A stretch of DNA of 64,000 bases from an uncultured Candidatus Saccharibacteria bacterium (lineage in GTDB: Bacteria > Patescibacteriota > Dojkabacteria > SC72): NCBI GenBank assembly GCA_964621195.1, contig CAZULJ010000004.1:16620-80619 (forward strand). Direction: 5' to 3'. This document shows, one piece after another, positions 49,273 through 58,167 of the stretch. Under the pieces are notes generated by a model. It did no database searches and was not told where the DNA came from. It was given only the letters and a program-made list of their open reading frames with translations. Numbering within the stretch: position 1 is the stretch's first letter; the number at the start of each line of letters is the position of its first letter. The position numbers and the translations under genes were made by a program.

Positions 49273-49770
49273 TTATCTCAATCTTATTTTCTCAAAGCTC
49301 CTACTATCTCCTATAGATGAAGATGCTATATCCGCTACAAAGGTTATTAACACAGAAACCACGCTATTTATCACAAACGATAGTACAACAGACGAGGTAA
49401 AAGAAGGCAAAACTTTATCACCTAAAAAGGAATCAAGGGAATATCTCAGGACATATGCCAAAAGAAACACAAAAAAGATAACCAAATACCTTGAGACCCT
49501 ACCCTCGACCGGAACGACATTAGCAACCAAACCAAATGCAGAGAGCCCTAGCCCTGCAACTAATATGCTTATACCGAAATTCGAATGGGCAACAACATCC
49601 AATGCAAGCCCCGCGATTATCAATACCGCAATTACAACCTCAGAACGAATTTTGCCAAAGAAATTCAGCGCAAACAAAAAGTAAAAGGAAAAACTCCCAA
49701 ACGCAACAAAAAGCGAATCAAGAAAGACTAGTATTACGGTAAAGATTGTAATTAAAAAAACTGATAGCAT
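49273..49770 (-). CDS. mreD: Probable rod shape protein MreD
   Basis: Multi-TM protein between mreC and PBP2; GLALD motif. Confidence 0.7.
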   Translation of the reverse strand: MLSVFLITIFTVILVFLDSLFVAFGSFSFYFLFALNFFGKIRSEVVIAVLIIAGLALDVVAHSNFGISILVAGLGLSAFGLVANVVPVEGRVSRYLVIFFVFLLAYVLRYSLDSFLGDKVLPSFTSSVVLSFVINSVVSVLITFVADIASSSIGDSRSFEKIRLR

Positions 49771-49771
49771 G

Positions 49772-50587
49772 CTATTTAATCCTAACAAATACAGTAATTA
49801 AATTAGAGTAATCAAAAATTGGAGATACAAAGCCTGACTTAGATGTTGAAGCAAGATTTTTGGATAAACTGACCAATCGGCCCAATGTAAGTAGCTCCCC
49901 AATCCTTTCATCTCTTAATACAACTAGGTCACCATCCGAGACCTCTGCATTTATACCAATATTTTCTATCTTAATACCCTCAAGTGTCCCAGCGACAACC
50001 CCCTTAGACTTAATATATGAATCCAATGGGGACTCTACAGTGTACTCTTGCGAGAGAACTACTACCTCGTAACTACTCGCCCTATTTGTAGGCAAACGAA
50101 CAGCAGATCCATTTAAATCGACTTCTGAACAAACACCAACAAAGACACCTCCAACATATACGATATCACCCTCCGAGACACCATCAATAGATCCGACATT
50201 TATATATACAACCCCATCCTCCGACTCCCCTAAAACCTTCGCCATGAGAGATTTAGAATCACTGTTCAACAAAGAGCTGCTAGACTTAAGTGCTGAGTAC
50301 TCTTCTTGATCAATGGGGCTAAATGTTGAAGCTTTAAGCTGTATTAGCTCATCCCGGAGCATTTCGTGCTCCTCTATATATGAGGATGCATCTAGGAGTG
50401 CACTTCCCCAACCAGATATTGAATTCCCAATATTGTACCCACTTGAAGAAACAGGTTCAAACACATATGCAAAAAACGATCTAAAAGGAGAAACAATATT
50501 AAAGTAAGAAAGAAGGACGAAAACAACCCCTACCGGAATTAACAAAAGATATTGATATGATTTTATCTTCGAAATTGGGTTTGTCAT
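49772..50587 (-). CDS. mreC: Rod shape protein MreC
   Basis: TM, coiled coil, INVGSIDGV..GD; follows mreB. Confidence 0.88.
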   Translation of the reverse strand: MTNPISKIKSYQYLLLIPVGVVFVLLSYFNIVSPFRSFFAYVFEPVSSSGYNIGNSISGWGSALLDASSYIEEHEMLRDELIQLKASTFSPIDQEEYSALKSSSSLLNSDSKSLMAKVLGESEDGVVYINVGSIDGVSEGDIVYVGGVFVGVCSEVDLNGSAVRLPTNRASSYEVVVLSQEYTVESPLDSYIKSKGVVAGTLEGIKIENIGINAEVSDGDLVVLRDERIGELLTLGRLVSLSKNLASTSKSGFVSPIFDYSNLITVFVRIK

Positions 50588-50598
50588 TTAAAAAGGTC

Positions 50599-51654
50599 TT
50601 AAATAAGCTCTTCCCAGGATTTTTGGACTTTTTGTAACAGGTCTATATGATCAAGCATAGAGGCTGTTCCCCTTGCAACAGCTGAAAGTGGATCCTCAAC
50701 AATCTTAACTGGGATATTCAACTCCTCCATCCAGAATTTATCCAACCCCTTAATCAATGCCCCCCCACCTGCAACATGTATACCGTCATTGTATATATCT
50801 TTTAAAAGCTCCGGAGGAGTATCTTCAATAGCATCTTTAACAGCTTCAGTTATTTGAGTCAAAGAAACCATAATTGCTTCACGAACCTCTATACTACTGA
50901 AGTTAACAGACTTTGGTAGGCCTGTTAACAGATCTCTACCTTGAATTACAACCTCTTTCTCTTCCTTCATTGGAGATGCTGACCCTATTTCTATCTTTAC
51001 ATCTTCAGCAGTTCTTTCACCAATTAAAATATTGTATTTATCACGGACATAATTAACTACATCTATATTCATCTCATCTCCCGCAATTCTAATAGTATTG
51101 TCTACAACAATATCACCCAAGGAAAGTACAGCAATTCCAGTAGTACCACCACCGATATCAACAATCATGCTTCCAGAGGCCTCTTCAATTGGCAATCCAA
51201 CACCAATAGCTGCTGCCATAGACTCTTCAACTATAAAAACTTCACGAGCGCCAGCAGTCTTTGCAGCATCAATTACCGCCTGCCTTTCGACTTCAGTAAC
51301 GGAAGAAGGGACTCCAACAACAACCCTTGGTCTTGGTATTTTAAAACCCTTAACATAGTTGCTGTGAGCACTGTTAATAAAGTGGTGAATCATTGCCTGT
51401 GTGGTATCGAAGTCTGAGATAACACCATCTCTTAAAGGTCTTACAGCCACAATATTCGCAGGCGTTCTACCAATCATCTCCCTAGCCTTTTGCCCAACAG
51501 CCAGCACCTGTTTGCTCCTCTTATCGATTGCTACAACAGATGGTTCTGAAACGACAATGTCTTCGCCACGCAAATATACCATTGTATTTGCAGTACCAAG
51601 GTCTATACCAAGATCGTATGTAAATATTTCCCAAAGGGAATCAAATACTGACAT
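50599..51654 (-). CDS. mreB: Rod shape-determining protein MreB
   Basis: GIDLGTANT, EPSVVA, RPLRDGVI, VDIGGGTT, GGGAL. Confidence 0.98.
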   Translation of the reverse strand: MSVFDSLWEIFTYDLGIDLGTANTMVYLRGEDIVVSEPSVVAIDKRSKQVLAVGQKAREMIGRTPANIVAVRPLRDGVISDFDTTQAMIHHFINSAHSNYVKGFKIPRPRVVVGVPSSVTEVERQAVIDAAKTAGAREVFIVEESMAAAIGVGLPIEEASGSMIVDIGGGTTGIAVLSLGDIVVDNTIRIAGDEMNIDVVNYVRDKYNILIGERTAEDVKIEIGSASPMKEEKEVVIQGRDLLTGLPKSVNFSSIEVREAIMVSLTQITEAVKDAIEDTPPELLKDIYNDGIHVAGGGALIKGLDKFWMEELNIPVKIVEDPLSAVARGTASMLDHIDLLQKVQKSWEELI

Positions 51655-51735
51655 CCAGCAAAAAGTAATGAGCTTAATTGAATGATTTTATCACTAAAAT
51701 TTACTCAAGACGAGGAAATAATATGTACCAGGGGA

Positions 51736-51945
51736 TTAAGCCTCTTTCTGAAGCCTTTTATAACATTTCATACAGGTACTGATACTCTGTACATCACCCT
51801 CTACCTCAACCTTTATCTTTCTTAGATTGGGCTTGAATGAACGAGTACTCTTTGGAGCTTTATACTTCCAACCTATTGAATGATGATGCTGAATTCTTCT
51901 TCCAGCAACTGCAGATTTTCCACACAATTCACAAACTTTTGCCAT
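51736..51945 (-). CDS. rpmB: 50S ribosomal protein bL28
   Basis: MAKVCELCGK..R.FKPNL..CMKC. Confidence 0.95.
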   Translation of the reverse strand: MAKVCELCGKSAVAGRRIQHHHSIGWKYKAPKSTRSFKPNLRKIKVEVEGDVQSISTCMKCYKRLQKEA

Positions 51946-52014
51946 TTCTTTATTAATTGAACATTTATAAGCTAGATGATATTATCAAAAAGATTTCTAT
52001 TTATCAAGTTTAAG

Positions 52015-52638
52015 ATGCTAGATTATTCAATATCGCAAGAATTTATCTTTTGGATTCTGGTAGCAATACCCTCTATTCTTGTTGCATCTACAGTACATGA
52101 ATACGCACATGCATACAGTGCATTCAAGCTTGGAGATGCAACAGCCAAGGCAGAAGGCAGACTTACTCTTAATCCATTAAAACATATAGACCCAATAGGT
52201 GCAATCTTTATGATCCTATTTAGATTCGGATGGAGCAAACCAGTACCAATAAATGAGTACAACTTCGAAAAAAGAGAATTGCATACGGCATTTGTAGCCT
52301 TCGCGGGCCCACTCTCCAATCTCATCCTTGCAACAGCAACCGCATTACTATACCAGCTGGTTCCAACGGGAGGACTTGTAGCATATTTACTATATAACTT
52401 TGCAACTATAAATGTTGCTTTAGCGGTATTTAATCTAATACCGATCCCCCCACTAGATGGGCATAAGATAGTTAGAGCATTGCTGCCAAAGAATCTTCGA
52501 TACTACTGGGAGCTTCTAGAAAAGTATTCAATCATATTAATACTACTAATTATCCTACCCTTCTCCCCTCTTTCTAAGCTACTCTTTAATTTTATAGAGT
52601 CAGCACTAAGAACAATCCTTTCCACACTTGGGTTTTAA
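52015..52638 (+). CDS. Site-2 protease family (M50) protein
   Basis: HEYAH, GRLTLNP..HIDP.G, AGPLSN, FNLIPIPPLDG. Confidence 0.92.
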   Translation: MLDYSISQEFIFWILVAIPSILVASTVHEYAHAYSAFKLGDATAKAEGRLTLNPLKHIDPIGAIFMILFRFGWSKPVPINEYNFEKRELHTAFVAFAGPLSNLILATATALLYQLVPTGGLVAYLLYNFATINVALAVFNLIPIPPLDGHKIVRALLPKNLRYYWELLEKYSIILILLIILPFSPLSKLLFNFIESALRTILSTLGF

Positions 52639-52678
52639 GAGCCTTTGATACTACCCTCAAATTGTTATAAAATATACT

Positions 52679-52812
52679 GTCCCGGTTGGGAAAAGAGGTT
52701 CATAGCTCTACAAGCAAGAGCTCGGATCCCCAAAATCGCTCAAGCCCTTGGGTTTGAGTTGAGGGAATCCACTTATCTGGTAAGGGCTCTATGATCCCTC
52801 TCCGACCGGGCG
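52679..52812 (+). ncRNA. Structured ncRNA, 6S RNA-like candidate
   Basis: Promoter TTGATA(52645)-N17-TAAAAT; closing helix CCCGGTTGGG/TCCGACCGGG, TCATAG/CTATGA, central bubble, GGATCCCC/GGGAATCC, apical CTCAAGCC/GGTTTGAG; T-tract follows. Confidence 0.6.
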
Positions 52813-52860
52813 TTTTTGTTGACTATCTCCAACGTATATATTAAACTTGCGATTGTACTT

Positions 52861-52937
52861 GCCGAAGTAGCTCAGTTGGTCAGAGCAATTGTTTTGTAAA
52901 CAATAGGTCGAGAGTTCGAATCTCTCCTTCGGCTCCA
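52861..52937 (+). tRNA. tRNA-Thr(TGT), CCA encoded
   Basis: GCCGAAG/CTTCGGC-T-CCA, ATTGT-TTTGTAA-ACAAT; promoter TTGACT(52819)-N17-TAAACT. Confidence 0.96.
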
Positions 52938-52941
52938 TTAA

Positions 52942-53024
52942 GCAGAGGTGGCGGAGTGGTCAAACGCATCGGACTGTAAATCCGACTCCTTCGGGATTCA
53001 CTGGTTCAAATCCAGTCCTCTGCA
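52942..53024 (+). tRNA. tRNA-Tyr(GTA), CCA not encoded
   Basis: GCAGAGG/CCTCTGC-A, TCGGA-CTGTAAA-TCCGA, variable arm. Confidence 0.96.
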
Positions 53025-53090
53025 TTCCCCCTATTGTCTTTTTTAATCCTTGATATATACTTTGTATATATAACTTTTGTATATCCTTCC

Positions 53091-53825
53091 ATGAGCGAAA
53101 TGATAGGAATAATAGTATTTGCAATTGGAGCAATAATTCCAATAGCCGCAGTAGGTTTAGTTGTATATTTCATCGTTCAGGCAGCAAAAAGCAAAGATGG
53201 AAAGGATATCAAACTCAAAGTATCAGCAAAAACACTTTTCCCAGTATATCTTTATATAATCTCATTCTTAACACTTGGAATTGCATTGATCGGAGCCTCT
53301 ACAGCGATAAGAGCTGGTCTCTCTTTCCAGTTTGGAGTTCCATTTGCATATACTCTCTACCAAGGAAACAACTTTGAAGAGGCAAAGATGTATGACCCAG
53401 GTCTTCAAAGAGATGATTACGAAGTTTGCTATGAAGGGGAACCAATAACGATAGGAGAGAACGAATACTGTGTAAACAACCAGCAGCAGACAACGGATCT
53501 TGTTAATGGAATAACTATTTTCATTTCAATGGTAATACTTTTTGCAGTACATCAGTTTGCACTAAGCAGAATACAAATGAAGGACAGATTAGAATGGTTA
53601 AACAAATTCTATACATTTGCTTCCTTAATCCTGTATAGCCTAATTGGGTTAATATCTATCCCAACCTCTATTTACCAACTAACCAACTATCTAATAACCA
53701 ACCCAGAAAGCTACGCATACTCTACACCAGAGGCTCCGGCAATGGCTATTGCAATAGCAATAACAAGCTTGCCTCTATGGATATACTTCCTTAATAGAAC
53801 ATCCAACTTAAGAGAAGAAGATTAG
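53091..53825 (+). CDS. Hypothetical multi-pass membrane protein (DUF5671-like)
   Basis: About 5 TMs; YLYIISF..L and LPLWIYF motifs; ATG 53091 or 53100. Confidence 0.6.
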   Translation: MSEMIGIIVFAIGAIIPIAAVGLVVYFIVQAAKSKDGKDIKLKVSAKTLFPVYLYIISFLTLGIALIGASTAIRAGLSFQFGVPFAYTLYQGNNFEEAKMYDPGLQRDDYEVCYEGEPITIGENEYCVNNQQQTTDLVNGITIFISMVILFAVHQFALSRIQMKDRLEWLNKFYTFASLILYSLIGLISIPTSIYQLTNYLITNPESYAYSTPEAPAMAIAIAITSLPLWIYFLNRTSNLREED

Positions 53826-53866
53826 GTCTGTAAAAATTCGATAACTTTGTATATAATCAAGTCCAA

Positions 53867-53943
53867 GCTGGATTAGCTCAGTTGGTTAGAGCACATTCAT
53901 GGTAAGAATGAGGTCCTGAGTTCGACTCTCAGATCCAGCTCCA
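53867..53943 (+). tRNA. tRNA-Thr(GGT), CCA encoded
   Basis: GCTGGAT/ATCCAGC-T-CCA, CATTC-ATGGTAA-GAATG. Confidence 0.96.
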
Positions 53944-54102
53944 TCTATATACTCTCTTTTCGAAGAGAGAAATATATAAAAGCCTACGGTAATATAGGGA
54001 ATACAATTAGATTTTGACTTTAGGTTTTCGTTAATCGTATGGCATATTACTACTAACCAAAGTTATCCTCTAAATAGTAACACAAATTGAGAGTAAAAAC
54101 AT

Positions 54103-54131
54103 TTGACCTAACCTTAATATTTCAATATAAT
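54103..54131 (+). promoter_or_regulatory. Sigma70 promoter of rpmG-tRNA-Trp-secE-nusG-rplKA
   Basis: TTGACC-N17-TATAAT. Confidence 0.7.
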
Positions 54132-54182
54132 ACTTTGTATTTCCCATAATATCCTAGTTATTAATTTTGACGCGTAAAAAAG

Positions 54183-54347
54183 ATGGCAAAAGTTAAGAGA
54201 GATATAATTGCTTTGAAGTGTACAGTATGTGATAGTAAGAACTACACCTCTTACAAAACAAAGAACATAAAAGAGAAGATTGAGAAGAACAAATATTGTC
54301 CAGTATGCCAAAAACATACTGTTCATAAGGAGACAAAAGTTAAGTAA
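54183..54347 (+). CDS. rpmG: 50S ribosomal protein bL33 (Zn-binding type); missing from the ORF track
   Basis: MAKVKRDIIALKCTVCDSKNY...KYCPVCQKHTVHKETKVK, 54 aa. Confidence 0.96.
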   Translation: MAKVKRDIIALKCTVCDSKNYTSYKTKNIKEKIEKNKYCPVCQKHTVHKETKVK

Positions 54348-54367
54348 TTAAGCTGTTTTACAGACAA

Positions 54368-54439
54368 GGGCCCATAGTTTCAATGGTAAAACAGTGGTCT
54401 CCAAAACCATAGTTCTCCGTTCGAGTCGGAGTGGGCCTG
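54368..54439 (+). tRNA. tRNA-Trp(CCA), CCA end not encoded
   Basis: GGGCCCA/TGGGCCT-G, GTGGT-CTCCAAA-ACCAT; rpmG-trnW-secE synteny. Confidence 0.95.
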
Positions 54440-54450
54440 CTTGAAAGAAT

Positions 54451-54660
54451 ATGAATACATTAAAAAATATAATAATAGAATTAAAGAAAACTGAATGGCC
54501 AAGTATGGGCCAATTAGTGAAATTAACAGTATATACCCTACTCCTTTGTGGTATAATCGCTTTGCTAATACTGGGAGTAGATTTAGTACTATTCTGGCTC
54601 AGAGATCTTTGGATTGGAGAACAGGATGGAACCATTAGTAATTTAATATTAAATATATAA
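54451..54660 (+). CDS. secE: Preprotein translocase subunit SecE
   Basis: ELKKTEWP plus single TM; upstream of nusG. Confidence 0.92.
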   Translation: MNTLKNIIIELKKTEWPSMGQLVKLTVYTLLLCGIIALLILGVDLVLFWLRDLWIGEQDGTISNLILNI

Positions 54661-54668
54661 ACTTAGGA

Positions 54669-55220
54669 ATGGCAGACGCAGTAAAAAAGGCAAATCCAAA
54701 AGCTAAGTGGTATGTTCTAAACATTAGGACTGGATATGAGAATAGTATAAAGAAAGAACTTCAACAAAGAATTGAAGCAACAGGCTTACAAGACAAGATT
54801 GAAGAGATTTTTATCCCTGTACAGAAGAAGATTTTCGTAAAGAAAGGTAAGCAGGATGTAAAAGAAGATAAGCTATTCCCTGGATATGTATTAATAAAGA
54901 TGGAATTAGATGAGAACACATGGGATATAGTAAAGAATACTGAAGGTGTTAGAGGTTTTGTAAAAACAGATAAATATCCAAAACCATTACCAGAAGCTGA
55001 GGTAAAAGCAATTATGAAATTTATGGAAGCCGAACAGCCATCATACCAAAGCTCATTTAGCGTAGGAGAAGCCGTAAAGATCTCAGATGGAGCATTTGCA
55101 GGCTTTATAGGTAGTGTCCAATCCATTGACAATACAAAAGGTAAGATAAAAGTCCTCATATCTTTCCTTGGTAGAGAAGCGCCTGTTGAACTTGATTTCT
55201 CACAAGTCAACAAGCTTTAA
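54669..55220 (+). CDS. nusG: Transcription factor NusG
   Basis: KWYVL, FPGYVL, TEGVRGFV, KOW, FLGREAPVEL. Confidence 0.97.
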   Translation: MADAVKKANPKAKWYVLNIRTGYENSIKKELQQRIEATGLQDKIEEIFIPVQKKIFVKKGKQDVKEDKLFPGYVLIKMELDENTWDIVKNTEGVRGFVKTDKYPKPLPEAEVKAIMKFMEAEQPSYQSSFSVGEAVKISDGAFAGFIGSVQSIDNTKGKIKVLISFLGREAPVELDFSQVNKL

Positions 55221-55245
55221 AATATATATTTGATTAGTAAAGAAA

Positions 55246-55671
55246 ATGGCAAAGGAAATAAAAAAGATAATAAAAATTACAATCCCAGCAGGACAAGCAA
55301 CCCCTGCACCTCCAATTGGTCCAACATTGGCACCATATGGAATATCAACACAGGAATTCTGTATGCAATTCAATGAAAGAACTAGAGAAGGAAATGGTAT
55401 TCTTACACCAGTAATAATTACAATTTACGAAGATAGATCTTTTGAATTTATTACAAAGACTCCTCCTACATCAGAATTGATAAGGAGAGAGATAAAGATG
55501 AAAAAAGGCTCTGCAAGACCTAACTTAGAAAAAGTTGGAAAACTTTCAAAAGACCAAATCAAAAAGATTGTAGAGGTTAAGATGCCAGATTTAAACACTT
55601 CTGATCCAGATCAAGCAGCAAAAATAGTTGCTGGAACTGCAAGACAGATGGGTGTTGAGACTGAAATATAA
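55246..55671 (+). CDS. rplK: 50S ribosomal protein uL11
   Basis: AGQATPAPPIGP, KTPP, GTARQMG. Confidence 0.98.
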   Translation: MAKEIKKIIKITIPAGQATPAPPIGPTLAPYGISTQEFCMQFNERTREGNGILTPVIITIYEDRSFEFITKTPPTSELIRREIKMKKGSARPNLEKVGKLSKDQIKKIVEVKMPDLNTSDPDQAAKIVAGTARQMGVETEI

Positions 55672-55690
55672 CGTATAAAAAACATATAGA

Positions 55691-56380
55691 ATGAAAAGAG
55701 GAAAGAAATATATAAAAGCAGTTAAGAATCTAGACAGGAATATAGCATATACTGTTGAATCTGCAGTAAAAGAAGCAAAGAAGACTTCTTACAGTAGCTT
55801 TGTAGGTACATTGGAAGTACATTTTGATATAAAGATTCCAAAAGATAGAGATCCAAAGTCAATCAAAGGTGCTCTTGCCCTACCACACTCTAGTGGAAGT
55901 AAGAACGTTAAGGTTGCAGTCTTTGCATCTCCAGATATGGATAAAGTTGCAAAGGAAGCTGGTGCAGAGTTTGTAGGTTTAGATAACCTAATAAAGGATG
56001 TAAAAGCTGGAAAGATAGAATTTGATGTAGCAATTGCGACACCATCTGCTATGCCTGAGATTGCAATCTTAGGAAAGGAATTAGGTCCTAAAGGCCTTAT
56101 GCCTAATCCAAAGAACGGAACAGTAACAGATGATATTGCACAAGCAGTATCTGAATACAAAAAAGGGAAACAGACTTTCTCATGCGATACCTCTGGAGTA
56201 ATACATATGACAGCGGGTAAATTAGATATGGATGATGAGAAATTAGTAGAGAACGTACATGCATGTGTAATAGCATTAGAAGAAGTATTAGGAAAGGTAT
56301 ATACACAATCAATGGATAGGATGCATTTAGCACCTACAATGGGACCAAGTTTCAAAATTGAGTACAGTAAGCCAGAGTAA
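55691..56380 (+). CDS. rplA: 50S ribosomal protein uL1
   Basis: LPH, LGPKGLMPNPKNGTVT, TMGP. Confidence 0.97.
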   Translation: MKRGKKYIKAVKNLDRNIAYTVESAVKEAKKTSYSSFVGTLEVHFDIKIPKDRDPKSIKGALALPHSSGSKNVKVAVFASPDMDKVAKEAGAEFVGLDNLIKDVKAGKIEFDVAIATPSAMPEIAILGKELGPKGLMPNPKNGTVTDDIAQAVSEYKKGKQTFSCDTSGVIHMTAGKLDMDDEKLVENVHACVIALEEVLGKVYTQSMDRMHLAPTMGPSFKIEYSKPE

Positions 56381-56403
56381 TTATTAAATTCTTCGATTAC
56401 TAT

Positions 56404-56433
56404 AGACCTCCTATACAGGAGGTCTTTTTCTTT
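56404..56433 (+). terminator. Intrinsic terminator after rplA
   Basis: AGACCTCCT-ATAC-AGGAGGTCT-TTTTCTTT. Confidence 0.85.
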
Positions 56434-56573
56434 ACCAAATGATTTGAGACTCTAAATATCATTTACCAGAGCGGGTTTTTAATATATAATTCTCACCAGC
56501 AAACCAACTATGGGCAAATAGCCCACGTCGCTCTGTAACAATTGTTCTTGACTCAAGACAAGGAGATTTTAGA

Positions 56574-56858
56574 ATGGCAACCAAAACCGACAACAAATGC
56601 AAAGGCTGCGATCGCTCAGGTGAAGAGTGCTTGGGGTGTACATCCGATTTAGATGCATCCGAGCTTCTCGAAATATTCCTCGGGGAAAAAAGTGAGGAAG
56701 AGCAGATTCAATTTTTCGTAGAAATACTTAAAGTTGGACCTCAAGATGCAGCAGATTTGCTGACATCCTTCCTCGGAAAAAGAACCGAAAGTGAGCAAGT
56801 TGAATTCTTCGAGCGATTGCTAGAGAAGGAGGGGTTAGGACCAATCGATATCGAATAG
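56574..56858 (+). CDS. Small acidic protein with CxxC-x6-CxxC and a tandem ~31-aa repeat
   Basis: Own promoter TTTACC(56462)-N17-TATAAT, SD AAGGAG; DASELLEIFLGEKSEEEQIQFF / DAADLLTSFLGKRTESEQVEFF. Confidence 0.7.
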   Translation: MATKTDNKCKGCDRSGEECLGCTSDLDASELLEIFLGEKSEEEQIQFFVEILKVGPQDAADLLTSFLGKRTESEQVEFFERLLEKEGLGPIDIE

Positions 56859-56897
56859 CTTTACTGGTACACGTCGACTGGTTGGTTCTGCTAAAAG

Positions 56898-56953
56898 CAA
56901 GAGAGGACGGTAGATTGCAATCTACAACTAGCATCATATGCCGTCCTCTCTTG
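56898..56953. repeat. 13-bp perfect inverted repeat enclosing a 14-bp palindrome
   Basis: CAAGAGAGGACGG ... CCGTCCTCTCTTG; the loop contains TAGATTGCAATCTA. Confidence 0.85.
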
Positions 56954-57044
56954 ACTGAACCATTGCCAATCATATATAATCCCCTTAGTAATTATCCTAA
57001 GAAACATGGTACAAAAATAAATCCATGCGAGGAAACTGATAATT
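56951..57044 (+). promoter_or_regulatory. rplJL promoter and putative L10-leader-like structure
   Basis: TTGACT-N18-TATAAT; AATTATC-CTAAGAAA-CATGG...CCATG-CGAGG...GATAATT nested helices. Confidence 0.5.
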
Positions 57045-57073
57045 CAAAAATATTAATTAATTAAGTACATACG

Positions 57074-57595
57074 ATGTCTAAAAGTCGTACTCAAAAGGAA
57101 GAGCTACTTAAAAAGTATAAAGATTTGATTGAATCAAAAGCTGGATACCTTTTAGTTAACTCAGATAAGATTGACACTGCAACAGTAACAGGTCTTAAAA
57201 TCCAATTAAAGGATGTAGATGCAAACTTTACAGTTGTCAAAAACAGTATCTTTAAGGTTGCACTTCAAGATACAGATCAACCATTACAAGTACAGGAATT
57301 TGAAGGTCCAACAGCTATTATTGCATTTGAACAAGATCCGACAGCACCAGCAAAATTAGTAAAAAAGATGCAAAAAGAAACTGAACTATTGGAACCAAGA
57401 AGTGGTGTATACGAGGGAGAGTTCTTAAGCGCAGAGAGAGTAATGCAGTTAGCAGATATCCCATCAAAGGAAGTCTTGCTATCAAGATTAGTAGGAACTA
57501 TGAATGCTCCTTTAACTGGCTTTATGAATGCAGTTACTGGCAATGTAAGAGGTTTAACAGTAGTACTTAAAGGTATTGCTGAGAGTAAATCTTAA
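57074..57595 (+). CDS. rplJ: 50S ribosomal protein uL10
   Basis: VVKNS, FEGPTAI, LADIPSKEVLL. Confidence 0.95.
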   Translation: MSKSRTQKEELLKKYKDLIESKAGYLLVNSDKIDTATVTGLKIQLKDVDANFTVVKNSIFKVALQDTDQPLQVQEFEGPTAIIAFEQDPTAPAKLVKKMQKETELLEPRSGVYEGEFLSAERVMQLADIPSKEVLLSRLVGTMNAPLTGFMNAVTGNVRGLTVVLKGIAESKS

Positions 57596-57631
57596 TATAT
57601 AGTTATATTTTAATTTATTTTATTTACCTAA

Positions 57632-58036
57632 ATGTCAGACGAAGCAAAAACTCTTCCAACATTAACAGAGAATGCACAGAAAGTAATCGAAATGGTTGAG
57701 AAAATGACCGTTTTAGAACTTGCAGACCTTGTTAAGGTTATGGAAGACAAATTCGGAGTAAGTGCTGCAGCTCCAGTAGCAGTAGCAGCAGCTCCAGCAG
57801 AGGCTGCACCTGCAGAAGAAGAGAAATCTTCATTCAATATTGTTCTTAAAGAAGCAGGAGCAAACAAGATCGGAGTAATCAAAGTAGTAAGAGAGATTAC
57901 AGAGCTTGGATTAAAAGAAGCAAAGGATCTTGTAGAGGCTGCACCACAGACAGTAAAAGAGTCTGTAAAGAAAGAGGATGCAGAAGCTATCAAAGCAAAG
58001 TTCGAAGAGGCTGGTGCAACTGTAGAGTTAGCATAA
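57632..58036 (+). CDS. rplL: 50S ribosomal protein bL12
   Basis: [30 protein letters not shown]. Confidence 0.98.
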   Translation: MSDEAKTLPTLTENAQKVIEMVEKMTVLELADLVKVMEDKFGVSAAAPVAVAAAPAEAAPAEEEKSSFNIVLKEAGANKIGVIKVVREITELGLKEAKDLVEAAPQTVKESVKKEDAEAIKAKFEEAGATVELA

Positions 58037-58058
58037 TAGCTTACCTAGATATAGAATT

Positions 58059-58088
58059 AAGAGGTCTTGAAAAAGACCTCTTTTTTTT
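58059..58088 (+). terminator. Intrinsic terminator after rplL
   Basis: AAGAGGTCTT-GAAA-AAGACCTC followed by T8. Confidence 0.9.
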
Positions 58089-58167
58089 CCCACGGCTATA
58101 TTCGACAATGAATACCAAGACAAAGTATAATGTGGCGGATATATTCTAATTTTTCAGAATATTAAAA

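Noticed and set aside
52679-52812. SRP RNA or tmRNA identity for the structured RNA
   Set aside because: Lacks the SRP domain IV motif; too short for tmRNA and has no tRNA-like ends.
54368-54439. Alternative genetic code (UGA recoding as in Gracilibacteria/Absconditabacteria)
   Set aside because: Conserved genes translate full length under code 11 and several end in TGA at the expected C-termini.
56497-56573. c-di-GMP-I riboswitch suggested by GCAAA/GGGCAAA motifs
   Set aside because: No GNRA tetraloop/receptor or second conserved stem; kept only as generic UTR hairpins.
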